A stretch of 64,000 nucleotides of DNA, taken from positions 25,766-89,765 of the IMG/VR virus record IMGVR_UViG_3300023179_000058; one strand, written 5' to 3'. Numbering within the stretch: position 1 is the stretch's first letter; each line of letters starts with the position of its first letter. The DNA is from a virus. A program made the position numbers and the translations under genes. The notes beneath the pieces were generated by a model, which made no database searches, was not told the DNA's origin, and worked only from the letters and a program-made list of their open reading frames with translations. Positions 54,101 to 64,000 of the stretch are shown in pieces.

Positions 54101-55807
54101 CTCAATACTTCATCTCAACTTAATAGTTTATACAAAGTTGAGATCAATTCTGTTTACACAAGACTACCGCCACTCACATATGGCGATTTAATTATTGGTA
54201 ATTTTGCTCAAGATTTAATTCTTTATGAAGCAGACACCAAGTTTAATACTACATTGTACAATGTTGGTGCCGCTAGAAATGAATACAACATTGAGATTCC
54301 ATCGTATGTTGATGTTACAATGGGATTCTATAGTGCTATCACTACAATGCAAACTGATATTAAGTCAGTTGAAATTGATATTGAATTGCTACAGAGTGTC
54401 ACAGTTACACCAAGCACTCGCTACAAGATAGACATTGTTTCTGGAGAAAGTATTACAAAAGGACAATTCCTTTTCAAGAATCTTCCTTTAGATGCATATG
54501 CAACAGAGCAAATTCAAGAGGTTGCAACTTTAACATTTAACTCTGTATCTCCAATAACTTATCCGAATGTAAGGGCGAAGACAGATACAATCATTGAGAT
54601 TGACTTACCACCGGCAGTTATCGTTCAACCTTTGAATGTTGTTCCTAGCGATTACTTCCCTGATATAAAATACATTCAGCCACAATTAAACATTGCCTCT
54701 TTAGATTATAGCGAAATTGAAGTTAATGTTGAAACATTTGCGGATGCTACAATGGCATTCTATAGCAATATCATTACAATTGAAACTGACATTAAATCGG
54801 TTGAAATTGATATTGAATTGTTTAAGTCTGTGGCTTCGTCAGCAAGAACAAAGTATACGATAGAACCATCTGCAACTAATTTGGTTATCGAAAGCACTCC
54901 GTTGCCTTCTATTGAGATTGAGATTCTATCTCCTATGGATAGATATAAAGACAAACCAATTTTAGCATACTCGCGTGAAGCAATTGCCTTGTATGAGAAT
55001 GAACCTCTACAAGATAGAATTTCTCTTGCTGGCGCAGGTTTTGTAAATGGTAAACATGATTATTACTATCAGCAAGCCCGTCTAAGACAGTTTAGAGATA
55101 CTGAAACTTCTGAGTTAGAGAATCTTTCATTCTTGGATGTATTTGGTGACGATACAGTACGCAAAAATATACCAATTACCGGTGTGATAAACACACCAAT
55201 TGTTGTATACGATGATTTGCCTATTCAGAACATTAACGGACAACAAATAAATACTGTCGCAAATGCACTATTCTCAGATAGTAGCGGATTGCGTCCTGTG
55301 GTATTTGGTTCAAGTAATAACGGCACTACTAACGGCATTATTACTTTCACAGTTCCGGCGAATGCTCCTAGTACATTATATTACATCTGTCAATTCCATG
55401 GAACAATGCAGGGAGTGCTTTCAATTACAAGTTCAGCAGGCTCAGGTGCCAATAATTATACTACATTCAATGTGACAAATTCTGGTGCTTCTGCTTATGC
55501 AATTGATGGTAACAATAACCCAACACTAACATTAGTGCGAGGAAATACATACTACTTTGCAGTTTCAGCGCCAGGACATCCTTTCTGGATTAAAACAAAT
55601 CCAAATACCGGCACAAGTAATGCGTATAGTAATGGACTAGTAACTGGTACCAACTTTACCGAAGACTTTAAAGTCCGAGATTACATCATTATTGGAAACG
55701 AAAAATTCATTATTACAGATATTGCAAACTCGGATTACATGGAGATTAATGTCTCCGCATCACAAAATTACACCAATGTTCCCGCTTATAGAGAAGTTTT
55801 TGTATAA
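51158..55807 (+). CDS. gp7: Baseplate wedge initiator gp7 with long C-terminal extension
   Basis: FFKSKSTEEAY.FLFRALF, LQDSLFYQDFSYV, HPAG; lies between gp6 and gp8. Confidence 0.8.
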   Translation: MTDKVYYNPTLGLQNITPALDDKTFLFFLGVYYDWMQTTDITFNGASGAFANGEVITGQDSKATATIRYVGSNTITVSMKTDTPFDLNEEIVGGTSANSAFVLELSDNVLRKASRIRENKNNEKAQGQFLEYLKGELNKGIPVKTSADRRRLIAQLKDFFKSKSTEEAYTFLFRALFNETIELRYPGDDLLRVSDGNFLKQSTIRINERSVVQVMGNANVIAGNNLVVGTNTDFLAFSTDSHFKIGTQQAVVSSVINATHMFAKTNFTTTANNEFVYKLVPTDIFALKNKTIRGKTSGAIGVVADVRASTLGGKPFADVILRLISGGFTENEIIEDIENPSSNVVVYGVVSSININDGGTGYAVDDEVLIYGDGAEATAKVTSVSDAPISKIILANTGIGYQNNLNAIVNNSGTGGTGFAVKISEIANTYTVGANNQYTVGDTVSVRIVNRGSGYVALPTITLQDTSVASLGLLHDKLIRINDHGTLYEVGDALVFTNPVGFTGNTAVGRVAAVTERWAETPAILVATEIVEPYKDESLLDDFGSNTVSVEGEGDEEVGILIEGSYYDRIKTEDWRGIGPIERLELTYSANGNYAFGDGYSTTSLPTIAVSSANGIGANLEAFNIQGKSAVIQIDAGNNIAGIGSIREVTILNQGINYTNATVDATGSGDGNANLTADITGLFVDAGRFTNDDGKVNYKILQDSLFYQDFSYVIRSGLSFDRYKDIVKEVIHPAGLEFFGEIVITNTISAVAQFTSEVIADRAPRFVSLFSFLSLWQGYGLPPPVQSSIIVKIKPVVAYIDQAKLDLPEQNGGTIQVEINPTINVAAITHTEYRPIIAPVIDVGIFGAANVTVIPVSPGASEYEVVLAGASVPATFDPSGAVREINIEPIVINQGATVIESTDSGLKGPRQFFLGPIDVSAEFILSKVAPKTEVSGGVGIIVSTATFTDSEYNVEIPIFVGVAPTIIPSDEIAMPKFYKTELNTSSQLNSLYKVEINSVYTRLPPLTYGDLIIGNFAQDLILYEADTKFNTTLYNVGAARNEYNIEIPSYVDVTMGFYSAITTMQTDIKSVEIDIELLQSVTVTPSTRYKIDIVSGESITKGQFLFKNLPLDAYATEQIQEVATLTFNSVSPITYPNVRAKTDTIIEIDLPPAVIVQPLNVVPSDYFPDIKYIQPQLNIASLDYSEIEVNVETFADATMAFYSNIITIETDIKSVEIDIELFKSVASSARTKYTIEPSATNLVIESTPLPSIEIEILSPMDRYKDKPILAYSREAIALYENEPLQDRISLAGAGFVNGKHDYYYQQARLRQFRDTETSELENLSFLDVFGDDTVRKNIPITGVINTPIVVYDDLPIQNINGQQINTVANALFSDSSGLRPVVFGSSNNGTTNGIITFTVPANAPSTLYYICQFHGTMQGVLSITSSAGSGANNYTTFNVTNSGASAYAIDGNNNPTLTLVRGNTYYFAVSAPGHPFWIKTNPNTGTSNAYSNGLVTGTNFTEDFKVRDYIIIGNEKFIITDIANSDYMEINVSASQNYTNVPAYREVFV

Positions 55808-55810
55808 ATA
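55803..55810 (+). promoter_or_regulatory. T4-type late promoter
   Basis: TATAAATA upstream of gp8. Confidence 0.8.
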
Positions 55811-55885
55811 AGAGAGACTTTTATGAGTGGACTTTTTACCATAAACGATAAAATAGCCAGAATTGGCTCAACAAGGAGATAAAAC

Positions 55886-57151
55886 ATGCCAGCAATTGCA
55901 ACCAGCAAATTTAGAGTGCATAATGCAGAGCAGTTTCTAGAAGCATTCTCAGAAACCTCTAATACCATTATGTACCTCTTTGTGGGTGGACCAAGCGCAT
56001 TTACCGATGACACTAACCCACCAACACCAACCAACTCAACCGCAAACATCGAATTCCAACCATGGCGCGATGCATTCGGCGCAAAGCGTATTCAGACAAC
56101 TGATGTTGTTCACGTTATTGATCGTTATGACTGGACTTCAGGTACAGTTTATGATCAATACGATGATCAAGACACAAACATTCTAGACGATGATTTTTAT
56201 GTTCTTACAGACGATTATAATGTTTACAAGTGCTTGTGGAACAACGGCGGTGGCGCATCAACAACAAAACCAACCGGTACATCTACAACACCATTTAATA
56301 CCGCTGACGGTTACAAGTGGAAGTACATGTACACTATCACTACATCTGATGCTTTGAAATTCTTGACAAACGACTACATGCCAGTTCGTACTGACTCTAC
56401 TGTAGCCTCGGCCGCAAACAATGGCGCAATCCATGTTATTCAAGTTACCGCAGGTGGTTCAACTTATGCTTCAGCACCATCTGTAACCATTACTGGTGAC
56501 GGTTCTGGTGCAACTGCAACCGCTACAGTAGCCGCCGGCGCAGTCACCGCGATCACTCTAAGCACAGTTGGTAGCGGATATTCAAACGCAACAGTATCAT
56601 TCTCAGGCGGTGGTGGTTCAGGTGCGGCCGCAAGAGCAATCATTTCACCTAAGTATGGTCACGGTAACAACGCTATCGAAGAACTTGGTGGTAAGTTTGT
56701 TATGATTAATGTCCGTCTTGACGGCTCAGAAGCAAACACTATTTCTACCGCTAACGACTTCCGTAAAATTGCTTTGGTTCGCGATCCATTCGAATTTGGT
56801 ACTGCAACTCGCGCTACATCTACGAACTATCGTCAGACATATCGCTTCACAATTCCATCACCAAACGCAAACTACATTGTTGACGAAGTAGTAACTTCTG
56901 GTTCTAACACCGCGGTTGTTGTTGAATGGGATAGCACTAACAAGTACTTGTACACAACCAAGCCAATGCCACAGACATTTGCAAATACTGCATCTGTTGT
57001 TGGTGCAACTGGTACAACAGGTACAATTTCTGGAATTGCTAACTCACAGTTAGAACCATATTCTGGTGATGTTCTTTACATCGAAAATCGTAGCCCAATT
57101 TCCCGTGCTGCCGATCAGATCGAGGACGTTAAACTAGTCATTGAATTCTAA
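55886..57151 (+). CDS. gp8: Baseplate wedge subunit gp8
   Basis: FRVHNA, VYKCL.N, DGYKWKYMY, ENRSPISR..DQIEDVKLVIEF. Confidence 0.92.
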   Translation: MPAIATSKFRVHNAEQFLEAFSETSNTIMYLFVGGPSAFTDDTNPPTPTNSTANIEFQPWRDAFGAKRIQTTDVVHVIDRYDWTSGTVYDQYDDQDTNILDDDFYVLTDDYNVYKCLWNNGGGASTTKPTGTSTTPFNTADGYKWKYMYTITTSDALKFLTNDYMPVRTDSTVASAANNGAIHVIQVTAGGSTYASAPSVTITGDGSGATATATVAAGAVTAITLSTVGSGYSNATVSFSGGGGSGAAARAIISPKYGHGNNAIEELGGKFVMINVRLDGSEANTISTANDFRKIALVRDPFEFGTATRATSTNYRQTYRFTIPSPNANYIVDEVVTSGSNTAVVVEWDSTNKYLYTTKPMPQTFANTASVVGATGTTGTISGIANSQLEPYSGDVLYIENRSPISRAADQIEDVKLVIEF

Positions 57152-57187
57152 TCGTTATTATTACTAAACTTACTGTAGAAAAAAAAT

Positions 57188-60100
57188 ATGGCGTCTAATA
57201 ATCCAGGTGGTGTAAATTTAAACATCAGCCCGTATTATGATGATTATAATGAAGATAAGAAGTTTGTAAGAGTTCTCTATCGTCCTGGACGCGCAGTTCA
57301 GGCTAGAGAACTTACTCAAGCGCAAACTCTTCAGCAAAAGCAAATTCAACGCTTTGCTGATTATTTCTTCAAACAAGGATCAATTGTAAACGGATGCGAA
57401 CAAAATCTAGACTTGCGTATGGAGTATGTAAAACTTCAGACCAATTTTGGTGTTGGCGCAAACGCGGCCGCAGTTAATGTAGCATCTTTCTTAAATGAAA
57501 CTATTGTTGGTGCTAACACTGGCGTTAAAGCGTATGTTGGTCTTGTTTCAGATATTGAAGGTGATGATCCGAAGACACTCTTTATTAACTATACATCATC
57601 TGGATCAATTTTTGTTTACAGTAACAATTTGCCATCGCTATTGACGGTTGGAAATACAATCTATTTCCAACCTGTTAATGCTTCCGATGCCGCAAACAAT
57701 TCCAATACCGGTGGTCTTGCATCTGCAATCATCAACGGTTTTTATGAAGACCCTATTACTGGTCAACTCGCCGTTCTTTGTAACGGTCTTGTAGGTACGC
57801 CAAATACTTCAACATCAATTATTGCAAACACTATCACATCTGATGGCGGTAACAATATCATGCTTGTTAGTGGTTTCCTTGATAAGAGAACCTCAAACAA
57901 GTTTGAAAATAAAGAAAAAATTTACACATACAAACAATATGTTTCTGACTTTAATGATGCAGTATATGCAAATACTGCAACTACTGATGCAGTTCAATTT
58001 GTTGAAAATCGAGGCGCGGCAAATGAAGTAATCTATAAGTATGGTTCTAAATTTACCTTAGGTGATGGTATCATCTATCTTGCAGATCACTTTGTAAGAA
58101 ACGACTCACAAACTATTATTCTAGACAAATATAAGAACACCCCATCATATAAGATTGGTGTAGTTCCGTCAAAAACATTTATTGATACTGTTGCAGATCA
58201 ATCATTACTTGATAACGCTCAAGGCACTCCAAACTTCCAAGCACTTGGTGCTGATCGTTTTAAAATCGATACAGTTCTTACCAAACTTGTACTCTCAGCA
58301 AATACTGATGAAACAGAATTTGTTGGCATTACCGAAGTTGAAAATGGATTGCTAAAGAGAAAGTTTATTCCTGATGTAGAAAGTAAACTAGAAGAAGCAA
58401 TTGCAAAACGCACATTTGAAGAATCAGGAAACTATACACTTTCTGACCCAAGAATTTTTGTGCGTGAACATTTAAAACAATCAGATAATAATGGTAAGTA
58501 CACCGTTGCAGAAGGCGGCAACAATGAACTACTCATCATTGAAACTGATCCATTTACATCGTATGTAAAAGGATTCAGAAATGAATTGCTTGTAAAAGCA
58601 TTCACACCTTTACGCAAAGGTACTGACGAACAATTTGTTGAACAAACAAAAACAACTCTTGTATCAGGTTCTTACATTCCAGTCAAAGAATTGGTTGGTG
58701 CGTTGGACATTATGGAGAATACAACAGTTGATCTATACGACACAATACAGCAAGCGGTTTCAAATACAAGTTTTAGTTCCACAACTGTAAAAGGAACTAA
58801 AATTGGTGAAGCACGAATTCGTGCTATTGAATACGCATCGGGTGTTGCTGGTCGAGCAGACACAGTATATAACTTATATCTCTATGACATTTCAATGAAT
58901 CCTGGTAAGAAGTTTCAGGATGTTCGTTCCGTCTATGATGATGTAAGCGGATTGCCTGATCGCTATGCAGATATTGTAGTTGATGCATTTGGTAACGCAA
59001 CATTGCGTGATGCCGCATTTGAACCTGCAATTTTTAGATTGCCATACACTGGTACTAAAACAATTCGTGACCTTGGTAATAATGTAGAAGCAGGCTTTAA
59101 ATTCAAAAAAGAATTCTCAGTATTCTTTAACGCCGCTGGTGTTATTACCCTTATTACAACAGACTTGAATGAAACATTTGCGTCTGGTGCATCTGATGCA
59201 CTTAAAAATCAAAATTATCTCGCAGTTCCCACAATCACAGCAAACACTGGTGCTTATACTGGAACCGTAACTACAACATCCGGCAATGCTTTAGTTATTG
59301 GTACCGGCACAGCATTTACCACACAATGGGAAGTTGGTGATGTAATTAGAGTTGGCTCACAAGATCGAATCATATCAAGCGTTGTCAACGCGACATACTT
59401 GTTAGTATCGTCAAACTTTACTACATCATATTCTGCGAATACTTACTCAAAATCATTCCCCGCTGGTTTGCCTGTTCGTCTATATGGACAAGGCGCAAAC
59501 GGCACAAGAAGCGTAACACTAGGTTCCGCTGGCGCACAAACAGTTGAAGTAGACTTGAAAGAAAGCAATATTGTTTCTTCGTCTGGTTCTGGTTTTACTG
59601 CGCGAGTAATTGCAACGATGGACCGCGCAAATGCGCGTGAGACAAGAAAAGTTCTTGCAAATAACGAAGCCGTTATCATCAATGCAAACACACATCCAAA
59701 TGGATTCCAAGGTCCTTATTCATTAGGATATGGTGATGTATATCAGATTCGTGCAATCTATCAATCTACTAATTTTAGCACAACACCTACCACAGCAAAT
59801 ACTGTTGTAACAGATAACTATACTCTTGATAATGGTCAAAGAGATACATCATATGAACATGGAAGCATTACTCCTAAGATTGGTGTTGTTCCAACAGGTC
59901 AATTGTTAGTATTGTTTGATCACTTTAATCACGATACTTCTCAAGGTCTTGGTTATCTATCGGTTGATTCTTATCCAATCAATGACGCGGCTACATCAAA
60001 TACGACAATTAGAACAGATCAAATTCCAGTATATACTTCAAGAACTGGAACAAACTTTGACTTGCGTGATTGCTTGGACTTCCGCCCAATTAAAGCGGCT

Positions 60101-63100
60101 AACACCACATCAACAAACCCGCTACCATCAATTGCTACTGTGCTTACCGGCACAGCAAATGTAACTTTTGGTAATGCAAATGTGATTGGCACATCAACTA
60201 CATTTACTAGTACTTTAGTTGCGGGTGATGTAATCCGTATTGCAAACCAAGAAAGAATTGTTTCTTCAGTTTCAAACAATACATTCTTAACATGTACCAC
60301 TCAGTTTTCTAAGACTGCAACAGCGCAAACAATCTACAACATAAGTCCAAATGAATATGTAATTCCTGGTGGTGGATTGCACTTCCCAGTACCTTCGTCT
60401 GACTACACCGCAGACTTGATTATCTACAAAGGTAGAAAAGCAAAACTATATGTTGATGAAAACGGTGAACTTGGTATCAATGATGGTTCACCAGGTTACC
60501 CATATTCATCACCGCCTCCAACAATTCCTGATACACTTGAAATTGCAGAATTGACTATTCCTGTGTATCCTTCGCTTGCAAAAGATATTCAGATTGAATC
60601 TTATAACAACCGCCGATTCACCATGCGTGACATTGGTAAGTTGAAAACTCGCGTTGAACAATTAGAGTACTATGCTACACTCAACGAAACTGAGCGTAAA
60701 GCAAGCGAGAAGGTTATTCTTGACGATGCTGGCTTAGACAAATACAAGAACGGTGTTCTTGTTGATACATTTGATGGTCACAACATCGGTGATGTAAACT
60801 CAGCAGACTACAAGTGTTCTATTGACAGAACATATCGCTATGCGACTGCTTATGCAAACAACCAAATTCAGATTGCTCTAAAATACAATACCAGTGGCTC
60901 TTCTGGCGTATATCGTACACCAGGAAACAAACTAATGTTGTCTTATACTGAAGAAACATTTATTGATCAGCCATATGCATCTCAGACAATTAATTTGGCA
61001 CAAGAATTAACATTCACTTGGAATGGCGACTTAGAAATAGTTCCTGCAACAGACAACTGGATGGATACAAATTATCCACCTGATGCTAATACTACAGTTG
61101 ACTTGACTGGTTTCGTAGATAACTTTAGAACAATCGTTGACGCATGGAACACAGAAGTGGCGCCAATGACGCGATTCTGGACTGGAGAGGCTCCAGTAAC
61201 AACGACAACAAATGTGGGTAGTGCATTCCGTAGTACGCAACGCGCAACTACATGGGGTCTTGCTATTCTGCAAGCGCAGAGAACAATTACTACACAAAAT
61301 CAAACTCAGTTTGAATCTCGCGGTTCAATTGACATTACCGCACCAGACGAGAACAAAGTTACTCAGCGTGTGTCAGATGTTTCTATTAAACAATGGATGC
61401 GTCCACGCGACTTTATTTTCCAAGCACAGTCTATGAAAGACGGTTCTGGATTATATGCATTCTTTGATGACATTGAAGTAACTGCAAATTGCACACAAAT
61501 TCGTTTAGTTGGTAGTACAACAGTAGACAATTTGCTTGATCTATTTGACACAAATGGTATTCTTAAAACAGACAATACAAAGTATGTGCGTTTGCCAGCA
61601 GGCACATTGCGTACAGAAAAGAATAGAATTGTAGGTATCTTTAGAGTTCCAGAAAATCGTTTCTATACAGGTCAGCGTTCATTCCGTTTGACTGACGATC
61701 CGATCAATCGTGTTTCAACTGCCACAACAATTGCAACTACATCTATTTTCTCACAAGGTCTTGCAATTTCAAAAGGCTTTGATGTTGTTAATACTCGACC
61801 ATTTAACTTCAGAGGCTTTGCTGATCAGCGTGTTGCTGGTCCAGCAGGCACTCGCCAAGTTGTTCTATCAGACACTACATCGAATGTTCAAGTTGGTCAA
61901 TGGGACCCATTGTCTCAATCATTCTATGTTGATGAGAATGTGTACCGTCAAGGTCTCTATGTTACATCTCTAGATTTGTTCTTTAAAAATAAACCTAGCG
62001 ATCCAAACCTTGGGGTGACAGTAGAAATTCGAGAAATGCAAAATGGTTTTCCAACTCGAAGAGCAGTTGGTGAAGTAGCGAGAAAAGGAAACTCTCAGAT
62101 TAGCGTAAGCACAAATGGAACAGTAGCAACTACATTTGAATTTAAGAGTCCAATCTATTTGGCTCCTGGTGTAGAGTATTGCTTTGTTGCAAAACCTGAT
62201 GGTAACTCTACTGGCTTTGATGTGTTCGTTGCAGAACTTGGACAGTTTGACATTACCAATCCAGAAATTAACTTGCGTATTGATAAACAAGCCGCAGCCG
62301 GTATTCTATTTACCTCTGCTAATGATTTTACTTGGTCTGCTAGACAGAATCAAGATGTTAAGTTTAAGTTAAAGATCGCTAAGTTTCGAACAACTACTTC
62401 AGGTGTTGCATTATTGCAAAACATGGAGTATACATCGAACACAAACTTCGATTATAATGCATACATTCTCAATGTTGAGAATCTTACAATTCCAAAAACT
62501 GATGTTAAATTTGAAGCAAGAGTTTCTAGTGCGGCTTATGCAGTTTCAGACTTTAAACCAATTCGTAACTTAGAACGTGTTCAAGAAACTGCTGTTCGTA
62601 CAATTGCTAATACTGTGAATGAGGGTGCAGAACTTTCTACAACTAAATCAATGACAGTTCGTGCAACATTGACTACAGAAAATGAGTACATCACCCCATA
62701 CATTGATTTACAGCGTATGAATGCGGCACTCGAACAAACTCTAATCAATAACAAAACATATAATGAACTAGAGGGTGGAGTTACATGGTCAGCAAACAGC
62801 ACCATCGTAACTGGCGCAGGCACATCTTTTGATTCTGATTTGAGTGCTGGTGAATTTGTTCTCTTCGGTGAAGAATACCGTCAGATTGCTTCCATTACAA
62901 ATTCAACATATATGGAAGTTAAGAATGCGTTCACCACTTCAGGTGCCGGCGCAACAGTATTCCAAGAGAATGAAGAAAATCCAACAGGTCCATATGCTTC
63001 AGAGTCGCGCTATATTACTCGCGTTGTTAAATTGAATGACGGTTTTGAATCTTCAGACCTTGCAGTTTATCTATCAGTTAACAAACAACAGTCTACCGGA

Positions 63101-63622
63101 ATCAAAGTTTATTACAAGGTACTCAGCCCCGAAGACACCGATCCATTTGAATCTAAATTTTGGAACGAAATGGTAATTGAGGGTGGTTCAACAACCAACC
63201 AAAACTCAATTACCTATAACGAAGAGAAGTATGTTGTTCCTACTGCAAAGAAAACTGGCGGCTCTCAGTTGTTGAGAGGCACAGTTTCTACCACAAATGG
63301 TGATAATGTCGTTCAAGGTTCAAACACAGTATTCTTGGAAGAGTTGACTGTCGGTTCGACCATTGCCATCGGCACATCAAGATTGCAAAGAACAATTACC
63401 GCCATTTCAAATAACACTTTCCTTGCAGTTGATAGTGCATTCACCGCTACCACTACAGCGCAAGAGGCTTACAAGGTTCTAAATAACTCTATTGGATATA
63501 CCACACCTGAAGGTAAGTCATATTCTGGATTTAAATTCTTTGCAATTAAGGTTGTTTTCTTGTCTACCAACCGCGCATATGCACCGAAAATTAAAGAATT
63601 AAGGGCAGTTGCCTTGGCGTAA
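57188..63622 (+). CDS. Large virion structural protein, VrlC/DUF4815-like
   Basis: PYYDDY....FV.VLYRPG.AVQARELTQ, RTFEESGNY, RRFTMRDIG, DPLSQSF. Confidence 0.88.
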   Translation: MASNNPGGVNLNISPYYDDYNEDKKFVRVLYRPGRAVQARELTQAQTLQQKQIQRFADYFFKQGSIVNGCEQNLDLRMEYVKLQTNFGVGANAAAVNVASFLNETIVGANTGVKAYVGLVSDIEGDDPKTLFINYTSSGSIFVYSNNLPSLLTVGNTIYFQPVNASDAANNSNTGGLASAIINGFYEDPITGQLAVLCNGLVGTPNTSTSIIANTITSDGGNNIMLVSGFLDKRTSNKFENKEKIYTYKQYVSDFNDAVYANTATTDAVQFVENRGAANEVIYKYGSKFTLGDGIIYLADHFVRNDSQTIILDKYKNTPSYKIGVVPSKTFIDTVADQSLLDNAQGTPNFQALGADRFKIDTVLTKLVLSANTDETEFVGITEVENGLLKRKFIPDVESKLEEAIAKRTFEESGNYTLSDPRIFVREHLKQSDNNGKYTVAEGGNNELLIIETDPFTSYVKGFRNELLVKAFTPLRKGTDEQFVEQTKTTLVSGSYIPVKELVGALDIMENTTVDLYDTIQQAVSNTSFSSTTVKGTKIGEARIRAIEYASGVAGRADTVYNLYLYDISMNPGKKFQDVRSVYDDVSGLPDRYADIVVDAFGNATLRDAAFEPAIFRLPYTGTKTIRDLGNNVEAGFKFKKEFSVFFNAAGVITLITTDLNETFASGASDALKNQNYLAVPTITANTGAYTGTVTTTSGNALVIGTGTAFTTQWEVGDVIRVGSQDRIISSVVNATYLLVSSNFTTSYSANTYSKSFPAGLPVRLYGQGANGTRSVTLGSAGAQTVEVDLKESNIVSSSGSGFTARVIATMDRANARETRKVLANNEAVIINANTHPNGFQGPYSLGYGDVYQIRAIYQSTNFSTTPTTANTVVTDNYTLDNGQRDTSYEHGSITPKIGVVPTGQLLVLFDHFNHDTSQGLGYLSVDSYPINDAATSNTTIRTDQIPVYTSRTGTNFDLRDCLDFRPIKAANTTSTNPLPSIATVLTGTANVTFGNANVIGTSTTFTSTLVAGDVIRIANQERIVSSVSNNTFLTCTTQFSKTATAQTIYNISPNEYVIPGGGLHFPVPSSDYTADLIIYKGRKAKLYVDENGELGINDGSPGYPYSSPPPTIPDTLEIAELTIPVYPSLAKDIQIESYNNRRFTMRDIGKLKTRVEQLEYYATLNETERKASEKVILDDAGLDKYKNGVLVDTFDGHNIGDVNSADYKCSIDRTYRYATAYANNQIQIALKYNTSGSSGVYRTPGNKLMLSYTEETFIDQPYASQTINLAQELTFTWNGDLEIVPATDNWMDTNYPPDANTTVDLTGFVDNFRTIVDAWNTEVAPMTRFWTGEAPVTTTTNVGSAFRSTQRATTWGLAILQAQRTITTQNQTQFESRGSIDITAPDENKVTQRVSDVSIKQWMRPRDFIFQAQSMKDGSGLYAFFDDIEVTANCTQIRLVGSTTVDNLLDLFDTNGILKTDNTKYVRLPAGTLRTEKNRIVGIFRVPENRFYTGQRSFRLTDDPINRVSTATTIATTSIFSQGLAISKGFDVVNTRPFNFRGFADQRVAGPAGTRQVVLSDTTSNVQVGQWDPLSQSFYVDENVYRQGLYVTSLDLFFKNKPSDPNLGVTVEIREMQNGFPTRRAVGEVARKGNSQISVSTNGTVATTFEFKSPIYLAPGVEYCFVAKPDGNSTGFDVFVAELGQFDITNPEINLRIDKQAAAGILFTSANDFTWSARQNQDVKFKLKIAKFRTTTSGVALLQNMEYTSNTNFDYNAYILNVENLTIPKTDVKFEARVSSAAYAVSDFKPIRNLERVQETAVRTIANTVNEGAELSTTKSMTVRATLTTENEYITPYIDLQRMNAALEQTLINNKTYNELEGGVTWSANSTIVTGAGTSFDSDLSAGEFVLFGEEYRQIASITNSTYMEVKNAFTTSGAGATVFQENEENPTGPYASESRYITRVVKLNDGFESSDLAVYLSVNKQQSTGIKVYYKVLSPEDTDPFESKFWNEMVIEGGSTTNQNSITYNEEKYVVPTAKKTGGSQLLRGTVSTTNGDNVVQGSNTVFLEELTVGSTIAIGTSRLQRTITAISNNTFLAVDSAFTATTTAQEAYKVLNNSIGYTTPEGKSYSGFKFFAIKVVFLSTNRAYAPKIKELRAVALA

Positions 63623-63634
63623 ACATGAAAGGCG

Positions 63635-63642
63635 TATAAATA
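63635..63642 (+). promoter_or_regulatory. T4-type late promoter
   Basis: TATAAATA. Confidence 0.6.
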
Positions 63643-63643
63643 A

Positions 63644-63877
63644 ATGGAACGAAAAATAGAACTTTCCGATCCTATTCACGGATTTACTGAGAGGGATGCA
63701 CATTCTAAAGCCCTATTAAACACAGATTTGAACGGGCTAAAGAAATATAAGTTGCAGAGAGAAAGACACTTTCAGAATATCCAAGAAATGAGTAGAGTAA
63801 AATCGGACATTTCGTCTTTGAGAGATGAAATGAAGGAGATTAAGCAGTTGCTTATATCCTTATCGCAGAATAAATAA
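63644..63877 (+). CDS. Small coiled-coil protein following the VrlC-like gene
   Basis: RD..SKALLNTD...EM.EIK.LL. Confidence 0.75.
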   Translation: MERKIELSDPIHGFTERDAHSKALLNTDLNGLKKYKLQRERHFQNIQEMSRVKSDISSLRDEMKEIKQLLISLSQNK

Positions 63878-63908
63878 CCCCACAATTAACAGATGAGAGA
63901 GAGAAAAG

Positions 63909-64000
63909 ATGGCACAAACTCAAATTCAGTTAGCAAATACATTCAATGAGTTTCGCTCTGCGTATAATAACGCGGCGAACACCATTGATTCGCTAGAAAC
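63909..64000 (+). CDS. Partial structural/fibre protein (runs off window end)
   Basis: MAQTQIQLANTFNEFR start, open to the edge. Confidence 0.55.
   Translation, partial: MAQTQIQLANTFNEFRSAYNNAANTIDSLE

Noticed and set aside
1-64000. Alternative genetic code or suppressor tRNAs
   Set aside because: Core genes are intact in code 11 and end with TAA, TGA or TAG. The TAG/TAA/TGA anticodons read Leu and Ser codons, not stops.

Overview
A 64-kb segment of a large T4-like (Tevenvirinae/Kyanoviridae-style) myophage genome. The host is probably a freshwater betaproteobacterium; this is inferred from the tmRNA tag ANDEKFALAA and canonical sigma70 promoters. In order, the window holds: (1) a tRNA cluster surrounding a Ro60/TROVE-like DUF2828-type gene that is preceded by three structured ncRNA units; (2) a reverse-strand PlcP/LpxH-family phosphoesterase plus glycosyltransferase pair; (3) a ~13-kb early hyperplastic region of small ORFs driven by repeated sigma70 promoter cassettes carrying a TGTTG-N8-CAACA palindrome; (4) denV-like, phoH and exonuclease genes; (5) a circularly permuted two-piece tmRNA gene whose intervening segment is almost entirely a complete iscU gene; (6) membrane proteins and a nucleotide-sugar/glycosyltransferase cluster; (7) gp33-gp59-gp32; (8) the tail/baseplate module (tape-measure-like, gp51, 26, 54, 2, 4, 48, 53, 5, 25, 6, 7, 8, VrlC-like). 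The standouts are the iscU-containing permuted tmRNA and the putative Y-RNA-like array upstream of the Ro60-like gene. All family assignments come from motif recognition by eye; no database searches or folding programs were run.
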